The notes under the pieces were generated by a model. The model had not been told where the DNA came from. It did not search any database and saw only the letters and a program-made list of their open reading frames with translations. 64,000 nt of DNA from the NCBI GenBank assembly GCA_963772375.1, contig CAVYXG010000007.1, forward strand, positions 187,926 through 251,925, read 5' to 3'. This document shows, piece after piece, positions 46,163 through 55,147 of this stretch (position 1 is its first letter; each line of letters opens with the position of its first letter). The stretch is from an uncultured Actinomycetes bacterium (GTDB lineage: Bacteria; Actinomycetota; UBA4738; JACQTL01). Made by a program: the position numbers and the translations under genes.

Positions 46163-47505
46163 TCAGGTGTCGAGATACCGGGCCAATGCGAACTGCTTCG
46201 TGCCCCCGACGGTCGCATCACCAGCAACGACGATCCGGTCGTCGGGCTGCATTGCGATCCCGGCCCCTTCCGCGCTCGTTCCGATGCGCGTGGTCACCTT
46301 GCCGCCGCCGCCGAAGGTGCGATCGAGGGTGCCATTGGGCTTGTACCGGGCCAGGGCGAACCGACCGGAATTCTCGGAAGACGCCTCCCCCGCCACGACG
46401 ATAAGTCCATCGGTCTGGATGGCGACGTCAGCGCCGAACGCTCTCGTTCCGATCGGCGTCGTCACCTTGCCGTCGCCGCCGAAGGTCTTGTCGAGGGCCC
46501 CATCGTGTTTGTACCGGGCCAGGGCGAACCGGTCCGACTCCCCGACGAGGGCGTCCCCCGCAACGACAATCCGAGCATCGGGCTGGATGGCGACGGCCGC
46601 ACTCGCCGCCATGACTCCGACCGGCGTGATCAGCTTGCCGTGGTCGCCGAAGGTCGAGTCGAGGGTCCCATTGGGCTTGTATCTGGCCAAGGCGAACCAA
46701 GATTCATTTCCCACGAGCGTCCCCGCCACGCCCGCTACGACGATCCGACCATCGGGCTGGATGGCGATGGCATCGCCATAGGCGCTCGTGCCGATCGGCC
46801 ACGCCGTTGTCACCTTGCCGTCGCCGCCTCCAAAGGACGTGTCGAGGGTCCCATCGGGCTTGTACCTGGATAGGGCGAACCGCGTGTAACGCCCGACCGC
46901 CGCATCCCCCGCCACGAGGATCCGACCATTTGGCTGGATGGCGACGGCAGTGCCATACGCCCACGTTCCGATTGCGGTGGTCACTTTGCCATCGCCGCCG
47001 AGGGTGTGATCGAGGATCCCGTCCGGCATGTACCGGGCCAGCGCGAACTGATTCGAACCGGCGAGGGTCGCATCCCCCGCAAGGACGATCCGACCATCGG
47101 ACTGGACGCGACAGCGGCACCCTCCGCCTTCGTTCCGATCCGGGTGGTCACCTTGCCGTCGCCCCCGAAGGTGTGATCGAGCGTCCCACCGGACTCGTAC
47201 CGGGCCAGGGCGAACTGCTTGGAACCCCCCACGGTCGCGTCACCCGCAACGACGATCCGACCATCGGACTGGACGGCGACAGCGGCACCCTCCGCCTTCG
47301 TTCCGATCGGCGTGGTCACCTTGCCGTCGCCACCGAAGGTGCGATCGAGAGCGCCAGGCGTCGCAAACGCGGGAACGGAGGTGGTCACGAGGATCGCGGC
47401 TGCCATGATCAGTGCCATCCCCCAGGTCCGCCTGGACCTGCCCCTCCCTTCGGTGCCGAGGGCCTGGTGTCTCGACCTCCGGTCACGAACGCCGCTCCGC
47501 CGCAT
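46163..47505 (-). pseudogene. secreted delta-60-repeat protein, frameshifted at about 47108
   Basis: The 5' part (frame of ORF 46981..48333) has signal MALIMAAAILVTTSVPAFA and repeats up to ...GTKAEGAAVA. The 3' part is ORF 46163..47029. A sister repeat reads CTGGACGGCGAC where this copy reads CTGGACGCGAC. The start is uncertain (47418, 47505 or 47523). Confidence 0.7.
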
Positions 47506-47709
47506 GTCGACGAGTCCCTTCATCCGCTTCTCGTTTTCACGGTAGGGCCGGTCATCGGGCGGGGCAACCGGGGGAAACCCGGGAAGTTTGCCGTCAACCT
47601 CGTCACTAGCGTCTACCCCCGAACCCGACGCGCTAAGGCGGCATTCTGTCGACTGCCGTGCTACTCGCAAGGGGCACGAGCTCAGGCTTGCTGGCGGCGG
47701 CTGGCTGGC

Positions 47710-47799
47710 TGGCGGTGGCTCCGGGATTCGAACCCGGGAGGGAGTTGCCCCCCTACACGCTCTCCAGGCGTGCCCCTTCGTCCGCTCGGGCAAGCCACC
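47710..47799 (-). tRNA. tRNA-Ser (anticodon GGA), CCA encoded
   Basis: Folded by hand: acceptor GGTGGCT/AGCCACC, anticodon stem CACGC/GCGTG with loop CTGGAGA, long variable arm, T-arm CCGGG-TTCGAAT-CCCGG. Confidence 0.9.
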
Positions 47800-47830
47800 G
47801 GGCCGATTGTACGGAACGGGCAGCGCCCGC

Positions 47831-48793
47831 TCAGTCCCATCCGGTGCGCCGGCGGAGCCACGCGAGCGCCTCCACGCCCTGCGCGGACTGGAAGGCGCGG
47901 AGCGTCGGCAGCCCGGGCGGCGGGGGGAGCAGCCCGCGCACGTGGAAGTACCCGGCCAGCGCGGCCAACACCGCATCGACGGCCTCGGCCGGGGCGCCGA
48001 GAGCCGATGGATGTCCGTCGAATACCGCGTCCGGCGCGGGTCCGCCCTGCATGGCGACGCTCGGCAGCAGGAACACGAGGTCGACCCAGGGCGCTCCCAC
48101 CGACGCGTGCGGCCAGTCGACGAAGACCACCCGGTCCGGCGTGAGCAGGAGGTTGTCGGCCCGGAGGTCGCCGTGGAGCAGGGTGCCCCCGGCCGAGGCG
48201 AGCTCCCAGCGGGACTCCAGCCCGGCCAGCCGCTCGAGGTTCCGCAGCCCCCACGGATCCATCCCCTCGACCGGTGCGAACCGTCCCGACGCCAGGTCTC
48301 TCCAGTTCCGGAACAGCGGCCCCAGCCGCTCACCGACCGCCGGCGCGGCGACGGGCGGCGGCGTCAACGCGACGTGCAGGTCAGCCACCGCGGCCAGCAC
48401 GCGGGCGAGCTCGTCCGCGATCCACGGGACCGCCGGCTCGCGCCCGTGGACGTCCGCGAACCCGAGCGCCACCCATTGGCCGTCGTCGTGGACGAACAGG
48501 AGCTCGGGAGCCGGCGCACCGGCCGGCAACGCCGAGGTGATCCGCGCCTCCGCCCGGTGCATGGCCGGCGAGTGTGGATTCTGCTCCGCCGAGACGGCCT
48601 TGACGAACGCCGTCCGCCCGTCCGCCAACCGGAGGCGCGCCGACGCCCCGGGCGAGAACCCTCCCGGCCGGTCATCCACGTCCGCGATGCGGGACCCGAG
48701 CCGTTCCTCGACCGCCGCGGCCACGCGGGCCGGGACGCGCGACCAGGCCAGGTGCACACCGGCGCCGGAAGGAACCTCCGCCCCGCCGTCCAT
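47831..48793 (-). CDS. aminoglycoside-phosphotransferase-like (APH/choline kinase family) kinase
   Basis: ATG at 48793. Catalytic loop LLHGDLRADNLLL and VFVDWPHA. Confidence 0.75.
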   Translation of the reverse strand: MDGGAEVPSGAGVHLAWSRVPARVAAAVEERLGSRIADVDDRPGGFSPGASARLRLADGRTAFVKAVSAEQNPHSPAMHRAEARITSALPAGAPAPELLFVHDDGQWVALGFADVHGREPAVPWIADELARVLAAVADLHVALTPPPVAAPAVGERLGPLFRNWRDLASGRFAPVEGMDPWGLRNLERLAGLESRWELASAGGTLLHGDLRADNLLLTPDRVVFVDWPHASVGAPWVDLVFLLPSVAMQGGPAPDAVFDGHPSALGAPAEAVDAVLAALAGYFHVRGLLPPPPGLPTLRAFQSAQGVEALAWLRRRTGWD

Positions 48794-49105
48794 CCGATGA
48801 TTGTGGTGCCCGGCCGCGAGGACGCGCGTAGCATCCGCGCCGTGGGCAGCTGGCGACGGCCGGGTGGCGGGGCCGGCGGCGATCCGAGGAACCTCCGCCC
48901 CGAGGCCATGCACGAGCAGCAGGAATCGATCGAGCGTGCCGCCCGCGAGGCCCGGCGGCGGAAGGAGGCGGAGTCGGCCGCCGGCCGCTCGTGGTGGCAG
49001 CGGCTGCGGTTCTGGTTCCGGCCCTGACCGAGAGCGTCCGACGTGAAGATGGGCCGCCGTCCCGGGGGGGGTTGGGACGGCGGCCCGGCGGGCCGTCAAT
49101 GCCGG

Positions 49106-49194
49106 CGGAGGCGGCGTGATTCGAACACGCGAGGGGCGGTCAAGCCCCTAACCGCTTTCGAGGCGGTCCCGTTCGTCCGCTCCGGCACGCCTCC
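49106..49194 (-). tRNA. tRNA-Ser (anticodon CGA), CCA not encoded
   Basis: Acceptor GGAGGCG/CGCCTCC, anticodon stem ACCGC/GCGGT with loop CTCGAAA, long variable arm, T-loop TTCGAAT. Confidence 0.9.
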
Positions 49195-49247
49195 GCGGGC
49201 GAGTCTAGCAGCGGTCGCCGGCCGGCCTTTCGAGAGCGCGGGCGCGG

Positions 49248-49721
49248 TCAGACCGGGGTTCGGCGGTCGCGGAAGAACGCCCGCAGCAGGTCGCCGCACT
49301 CGGAGGCCAGGACGCCCCCCGAGACCTCGGCGCGGTGGTTCAGCCGGGGGTCGCGAAGCAGGTCGCCGAGCGATCCGGCGAACCCCGCCTTGGGGTCGGG
49401 AGCCCCGAACACCACCCGCGGGACGCGGGCCAGGACGATCGCGCCGGCGCACATCGCGCACGGCTCCAGCGTGACGACCAGCGTGCACCCGTCCAGGCGC
49501 CATCCGCCGACGGCGGCGGCCGCCTGCCGGATGGCCAGCACCTCTGCGTGGGCGGTGGGGTCGCCGAGCCGCTCCCGTTGGTTGCCCGCCGCGCCCACGA
49601 CCGAGCCGTCGCGGACCACCACCGCCCCGATCGGCACGTCGTGCCACCCAAGGCAGGCCCGGGCCTCGTCGAGGGCGAGCCCCATCCAGGCCTCCTCGAC
49701 GGACGGAGCGCCGTCAGCCAC
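49248..49721 (-). CDS. tadA: tRNA adenosine(34) deaminase
   Basis: HAEVLAIRQA and TLEPCAMCAGAI zinc-binding motifs. 157 aa. Confidence 0.9.
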   Translation of the reverse strand: MADGAPSVEEAWMGLALDEARACLGWHDVPIGAVVVRDGSVVGAAGNQRERLGDPTAHAEVLAIRQAAAAVGGWRLDGCTLVVTLEPCAMCAGAIVLARVPRVVFGAPDPKAGFAGSLGDLLRDPRLNHRAEVSGGVLASECGDLLRAFFRDRRTPV

Positions 49722-49724
49722 GGG

Positions 49725-51668
49725 TCACGGGACCAGGAAGAACCACCGGACCGTCAACACGTCCCCCCCGAGCCCCGACTGCAGGATGGTCGCCTTGACC
49801 GGGCGGAGGTTCGCGGTGACCTGCTGGAACCCGGCCAGGTCGCCCGACGGCATCTGCTGCTCGACGGCGTCCAGGATCTTCGAGACGTCCGCGTAGAACA
49901 GCGAGCCGTTGTTCAGGTCGATCCGTGCCGCGGCCTCCTTGAACGTCGACGACGACGTGATGTCGTCACCGGCATGCGCGTCGATGGCCGCCTTGACGTC
50001 GTCCGGCGTGGTCCCGACGATCGCGACCCCATCGGTCACCGCCCAGGACGGGGCGATGCCCGAGTCGGACGGCGTCGAACTCTGCAGCGACTTGATCGTG
50101 ACGCCCTTGTACGACTCCGATACGAACCTGGCCGGTCCGTGACCGGCGAGCTTGCCGGCGAGCGCGTCGAGCGCCGACCGCATCTTGGCCTCGTCCTTCA
50201 CGGCCGCCACCAGGGCGCCGCCGGGGCGCCCCTGCGCGCCGGGCCCGACCGAGACCGCCATGTCGCCGGACAGGTTCGACAGGACGTCCTTGATCCCCAG
50301 CTGGTCGATTCGCCGCCGGATCTCCGGCTGGCACTTCGCGAGCCCCGAGAGTTCGGTGTTCACCAAACCTGCCCCCTCGAACGCCAGCACCCCGTACGAG
50401 TCCTGCGGGACGAACGACAGCGCGGCGTTCTGGTGACCGGAGGCCACCGCTGTTGCCGCGCCCGAGGGCAGCTTCGACCGGTCGAGGGCGAGCCCCGCGT
50501 CGAGCTGCAGCCCGTCCGTCTGCGCGGTCGCCGAGAACGCCAGCCCCCGGAACGCCCGCAGCGAGTCGAGGCTCGTGTTCAGCTGGTCCCCGCCGCAGCC
50601 GGGAGGCAGAGCGGCGAACCCCGCCCCCGCCTCGAGCTGGGGCAGGACCCGGTCGACGACGTCGCCGACGTTCAGGTACGCCATCCCCAGGACCTCGTCC
50701 GGCAGGGCGTCGCGTGCCTTCTGGAAGCTCGCGTCGTCGGACAGCGCGCCTCCACGCCCCTGGTCGGCGTCGATGACCCCCTTCAGCGCGGCCGGATTGG
50801 TGGCGACGACCAGCGTGTGGTCGACGACCGCGTAGGCAGGGTTGCCGGCGAACCCGCTGAGCGGCCCCCCCGAGACGCCCTCCTGGGGGCCCTGTCCCAC
50901 ACGGATGGCGACGCCCTGGTACGTCTGGGAGCTCCAGGTGACGTTCGCGTTCGAGGACAGCCCCTCGAGCCGCTTCATGGTATTGAGGGCCTTCTGGTCG
51001 TCCTTCGTCGCGATCATCACGGCGACGTCGGGCTGCCCCTGGTCGTCGATGGTCCCCGCCGCGCCGATCTGCGAGCCGAGCCATGGCTTCACGTCATCGG
51101 CGAAGGAGAGGCCGGTTGGCTTGAGGGCCTGTTCCAGCGTCTCATCGAGCTTCTGCGCCGGGTCCTTGCCCTGCATCGCGGGGAACCGCTCGAGCAGGTC
51201 GCGGAGGTTGAGCTTCTGGTCCGCGCCGGGATCGAGGTAGGCGGTGACGTACAGCTGGTCCGACGCCGGGACCATCTTCGCCATGGCGTCCGGCGCGGCC
51301 GAGGTCGTGTTCACGAGCATGACGCCGGCGAACGCCACCCCGCCGAGGAGCAGCACGGCGAGCGCGACGAGGGCGACGAGCTTGACGGGGTTGCGCCGCT
51401 TGGGCCGCTCCGGCTCCTGCGGACCGAACGTGGACCCACCGCCACCGCCGGCCGGCGTCACCGGCGGCGGGGGCGTCGCGTAGCCGTGGTCCGCCGCCGG
51501 CGGGAACTGCTCGGTGGGGGCCGGGACGTGCTCGGGCGGTGGGGCGGTGTGCTCACCCGACGGTGAGCCCGCAGGCGACCCCGCGATGGGGTGCTCCACG
51601 GTCGGGCGCTGCGATTCGTCGTCGCCGGGAGGTGTGCCGCCGGCGGGCGTGTCGTCGTCGTGGTCCAT
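49725..51668 (-). CDS. membrane-anchored protein, DUF3352-like, with Pro-rich cytoplasmic N-terminus
   Basis: 647 aa. TM helix LVALVALAVLLLGGVAFAGVMLV. Large extracytoplasmic domain. Family name from memory. Confidence 0.6.
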   Translation of the reverse strand: MDHDDDTPAGGTPPGDDESQRPTVEHPIAGSPAGSPSGEHTAPPPEHVPAPTEQFPPAADHGYATPPPPVTPAGGGGGSTFGPQEPERPKRRNPVKLVALVALAVLLLGGVAFAGVMLVNTTSAAPDAMAKMVPASDQLYVTAYLDPGADQKLNLRDLLERFPAMQGKDPAQKLDETLEQALKPTGLSFADDVKPWLGSQIGAAGTIDDQGQPDVAVMIATKDDQKALNTMKRLEGLSSNANVTWSSQTYQGVAIRVGQGPQEGVSGGPLSGFAGNPAYAVVDHTLVVATNPAALKGVIDADQGRGGALSDDASFQKARDALPDEVLGMAYLNVGDVVDRVLPQLEAGAGFAALPPGCGGDQLNTSLDSLRAFRGLAFSATAQTDGLQLDAGLALDRSKLPSGAATAVASGHQNAALSFVPQDSYGVLAFEGAGLVNTELSGLAKCQPEIRRRIDQLGIKDVLSNLSGDMAVSVGPGAQGRPGGALVAAVKDEAKMRSALDALAGKLAGHGPARFVSESYKGVTIKSLQSSTPSDSGIAPSWAVTDGVAIVGTTPDDVKAAIDAHAGDDITSSSTFKEAAARIDLNNGSLFYADVSKILDAVEQQMPSGDLAGFQQVTANLRPVKATILQSGLGGDVLTVRWFFLVP

Positions 51669-51746
51669 CGGTTCTTCCTCTCACTTGGGTTGCGGGCGCG
51701 CGTGGCCATCCCATTGTCGCCGACCGAAACCGGCCGCGGCACCCAA

Positions 51747-53021
51747 CTACGCCGGTTCCACGGAAACCGAACGAACCCCCCACGTGCTCCAGTGCGGGGC
51801 GTTCCCGGCGGCGACGAACGAGATGAGATTGGTGGATCCTGCGTGCAGCACGGAGGCCGGGATCACGCGCCGGCGCATCCCGCTCCACGCGCCATCCGGT
51901 CCCCGCCAGACGGAGCCGACCATCCGCCGGTTGACGTCGATCTCGATCTCCCCGGCCCCCGCGTCGAACGCCTCGAACTCCAGCCGGACCGGACCGGCCT
52001 CGGGGCCCGCTCGGAAGAACGCCTCCTTTGGATGGCGCGTGTCGCCGCCGGGCAGGTTGCCCGCCTCGCCCGTCGACGGCAGCGGGGCCGGCGAGGCAGT
52101 TCTCACCCCCGGCTGCACGGGCATCTCGCGGAGCGCCGCCCACTGCGCCGGAGTCATGTCGCCGTACTCGTACAGGCTCACGCCGGTCACGCCCCGTTCC
52201 CTCGCCGCCTCCACAACGGCGCGGGCCTCGTACGGCGAGGTGTCGGCCGTGAGCCCGCCGATCGGGTGGATCGGGATGTCCACGCGGCCGGTCCGCTGCC
52301 GGATGATCGAGATGTTGTCGCTGATGTAGCCGCGCGCCGCCTTCGCGCCCTCGTAGTGGAACGTGTAATACGACATCGGCAGGATCACGTCGTAGTACGA
52401 CGGCAGCTCCGCGTACGGGAAGTTCGGCCAGTAGTCCGGCACCCGGATCATGCCCCGCGGCGACGGGATGATCGCGCCCAGCGCGTACCCGGATCCGACG
52501 CCGGAACGGATCCGCGCCGACAACGCCAGCAGGTTCTGGATCCTGGTCGTGGGCTCGACCTCGGGCGCCTCGATGTCCAGTCCGAACGAATCCGCCCGCT
52601 GCCCATGGCGCGTCGTGAACCTGATCGAGTGCATCACGCGGCGGAAGTCGGTGTCCACGTCGGCGAACTCCGGCAGGTACCAGGTCACCACCCGCATGCC
52701 GCGGGCGTGCGCGGCCTCGATGAGCTCCCCATCCTGGCGGGGGTGGACGACCGCGTGGGGATGGCGCCAGTTCCCGGTCTCGAGGTACAGCGTGCGGATG
52801 CCGTTCGCGGCCATGGTGGTCACCGCGCGGGCGGGGTCCGAAAGCGCCGTGGTGTCGAAGATGTCGACCCACATGCCGGGTCCGGCGTACGGCCGGAGGT
52901 TGGGCGAGCCGGTCATCGCGGGCGTGGCCGGCGGCTGCGGCACACGGTCGCGCCTGGTCGCACCGGCGGTGGCGACCAGCAGGACGACGAGGGCGAGCGG
53001 GGCGATGCGACGTACGAACAT
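51747..53021 (-). CDS. secreted putative glycoside-hydrolase-like TIM-barrel protein (GHL/DUF4015-like)
   Basis: Signal MFVRRIAPLALVVLLVATAGA. GMWVDIFD..., GIRTLYLETG, VVTWYLPEF, DSFGLDIE. Confidence 0.5.
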   Translation of the reverse strand: MFVRRIAPLALVVLLVATAGATRRDRVPQPPATPAMTGSPNLRPYAGPGMWVDIFDTTALSDPARAVTTMAANGIRTLYLETGNWRHPHAVVHPRQDGELIEAAHARGMRVVTWYLPEFADVDTDFRRVMHSIRFTTRHGQRADSFGLDIEAPEVEPTTRIQNLLALSARIRSGVGSGYALGAIIPSPRGMIRVPDYWPNFPYAELPSYYDVILPMSYYTFHYEGAKAARGYISDNISIIRQRTGRVDIPIHPIGGLTADTSPYEARAVVEAARERGVTGVSLYEYGDMTPAQWAALREMPVQPGVRTASPAPLPSTGEAGNLPGGDTRHPKEAFFRAGPEAGPVRLEFEAFDAGAGEIEIDVNRRMVGSVWRGPDGAWSGMRRRVIPASVLHAGSTNLISFVAAGNAPHWSTWGVRSVSVEPA

Positions 53022-53170
53022 GGGCGCTTCCCGGGTCGGGCGGAGGCCTCGATGCTAGGCGGTCCGCTTCCGCGGGTCCACCCCTTTGGACCGATTCGCA
53101 CCGTGCCCGGGATTTGTGCTCCGACGGCTGGGTACAGGGTGAGGACGGAAGTCCGAGCGAAGGGAGCCAC

Positions 53171-53740
53171 ATGGACGCCATCACGCTGTTGAAGGAGGAC
53201 CACCGGACGGTCAAGGGGCTGTTCCGGAAGTTCGAACAGGCCGGCGACCGCGCGTACGCCACCAAGAAGAAGCTCGTCGACCAGATCACCGAGGAGCTCT
53301 CGGTCCACGCGGCGATCGAGGAACAGGTCTTCTACCCGTCGGTCCGCCACGCGATCGAGGAGACCGAGGACGACGTCCTCGAGTCCCTCGAGGAACACCA
53401 CATCGTCAAGTGGACCCTCTCCGAGCTGGAGGGGATGGACCCGAAGGACGAGCGCTACGACGCCAAGGTCACCGTCCTCATCGAGTCGGTGCGCCACCAC
53501 ATCGACGAGGAGGAGGGGGACATGTTCCCCAAGGTCCGCAAGGCGCTGTCGCGGACACAGCTGGCGGAGCTCGGCGACCTCATGGAGCGAGCCAAGCCCG
53601 CGGCGCCCAAGCGCCCGCACCCGCGCGCTCCCGACGAGCCGCCGGGCAACGTGATCGGCGGGCCGATCCTCGCGATCCTCGACGCGGGCAAGGAGGCCGT
53701 GAAGAAGGTGACCGGCCGGGGCCGTGCCAAGGCCTCCTGA
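53171..53740 (+). CDS. hemerythrin-domain protein
   Basis: ATG at 53171 follows GAAGGGAG. MDAITLLKEDHRTVKGLF...HAAIEEQVFYP...EEHH...HHIDEEEGDMFP. Confidence 0.85.
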   Translation: MDAITLLKEDHRTVKGLFRKFEQAGDRAYATKKKLVDQITEELSVHAAIEEQVFYPSVRHAIEETEDDVLESLEEHHIVKWTLSELEGMDPKDERYDAKVTVLIESVRHHIDEEEGDMFPKVRKALSRTQLAELGDLMERAKPAAPKRPHPRAPDEPPGNVIGGPILAILDAGKEAVKKVTGRGRAKAS

Positions 53741-53784
53741 GGCCGGAAGCCCGGGTTCAACTGCAACTGCGCGCGCGGCCGGCG

Positions 53785-54918
53785 TCAGTGCCCGGGACGC
53801 CAGGCCGCGCAGCAGTCGTTCGCTGTCCCCTCGACGCCGGCGAGGAGCCGCTCGCCGGTGCCGTCCGGCCGGATCGTGAGGATCTCGGCGTGGTCGGTTC
53901 GCCGGGTGAACGCGAGGAGCGTCCCGTCGGGCGACCACGCCGGGTCGCCCTCCCAGTCCGGCGAACGGGTCACGTCGAACCGTCCGCTCCCATCGGCGTT
54001 CGCGATCACGACCTCCGCGTCGCCGATCCCGATCGAGTGCGGGTCCGCCCCATTCCGGTACCGCACGAAGGCCAGGCGGCGGCCGTCGGGCGACCAGGCG
54101 ACGCCCTCGTCGGGATCGTCGTCCCGAGAGACGTCGATCTGGCGCATCCCGTCGGCGTCCATGACCCAGACGTCCTCGTCGCCGTCGCGCTTCGACACGA
54201 AGGCGATGCGGTGGCCGTCCGGCGACCAGGCGGGGGACACGTCGTCACCCCGAGCGCTCGTCAGCCGCTCGACACGGCCCGACCCGAGATCGAGCACGAA
54301 CACGTCGTCTCCGCCGTCGATCCGCCGGAAGAACGCCAACCGCATGCCGTCGGGCGACCAGGCCGGTCCTGCCCCCGAGGTCAGCCGGCTGGGCCGGCTG
54401 CCGCGTCCGAGGCCGACCACGTAGATCGCGCGCCGCGCTTCGGACTCGAACGCGATGCGGCCGCCGTCCGGCGACCACGCAGGCGAGCTCGCCCCGGGCA
54501 CGGAGCCGGACACCGTCCGCAGGCCGGTGCCGTCGGCGTTCGCCACCATCACCCGGTCCTGGGAGAACGAGCAGCACTCCATGGCCAGACGCTCGCCGGC
54601 CGGCGACCAGGCCGGCTGCCCGACCGTCTCGACGCGGAACGTCACCGGCTCGGCGTGGGTGCCGTCCGCACGCATCACGTACGTGTCGTCGTTGCCGCCG
54701 GGATCGGAATGGAACGCGATCTCCCCGCCCGGCGGCGCCGGCGCGGGGCCTCCACTCGACGGCGAGGGCGGCGACGCTGACGATGGCGGTGACACCACGA
54801 TGGTCGCGCCGGAGGCTGTCGCCGACCGCTCGGGCGGCGGAGCGCCCGCCGTGCACGACGCCCAGAGGCCGGCGCACATGGCGACGCCAACCAATCGTCC
54901 CCACCGTCGTGAACGCAT
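53785..54918 (-). CDS. PD40 (TolB-like) beta-propeller lipoprotein
   Basis: ATG at 54918. Lipobox GLWASC. Repeats PAWSPDGGRIAF, PAWSPDGMRLAF, PAWSPDGHRIAFVSKRDGDEDVWVMDADG, VAWSPDGRRLAF, PAWSPDGTLLAF. Confidence 0.85.
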   Translation of the reverse strand: MRSRRWGRLVGVAMCAGLWASCTAGAPPPERSATASGATIVVSPPSSASPPSPSSGGPAPAPPGGEIAFHSDPGGNDDTYVMRADGTHAEPVTFRVETVGQPAWSPAGERLAMECCSFSQDRVMVANADGTGLRTVSGSVPGASSPAWSPDGGRIAFESEARRAIYVVGLGRGSRPSRLTSGAGPAWSPDGMRLAFFRRIDGGDDVFVLDLGSGRVERLTSARGDDVSPAWSPDGHRIAFVSKRDGDEDVWVMDADGMRQIDVSRDDDPDEGVAWSPDGRRLAFVRYRNGADPHSIGIGDAEVVIANADGSGRFDVTRSPDWEGDPAWSPDGTLLAFTRRTDHAEILTIRPDGTGERLLAGVEGTANDCCAAWRPGH

Positions 54919-55147
54919 CGCTGCATGTACGACGACTCTGCCCCCTCCGGTTCCGGATCGGTCCTGTGATCCGAGGTGGTGACGCTCCGCCAGTGGACGG
55001 TCAACAGCGTCAGGGTCCAGCTCGCGGTGCACTCGAGCGAGCGGACCACGTCCCCGGAGATCGTCGCGCTCCCCTGACGCTCCGCCATTCGATTGACTCG
55101 CCCGGCGGGGCCCGGGAGACTGCGGCTTCCTCGAAGGGAGGCGCGGC

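Noticed and set aside
48908-49027. 39-codon ORF between the APH-like kinase and tRNA-Ser(CGA)
   Set aside because: It has no properly spaced Shine-Dalgarno and an Arg/Ala-rich composition expected by chance. It is mentioned in a finding only as something to test.
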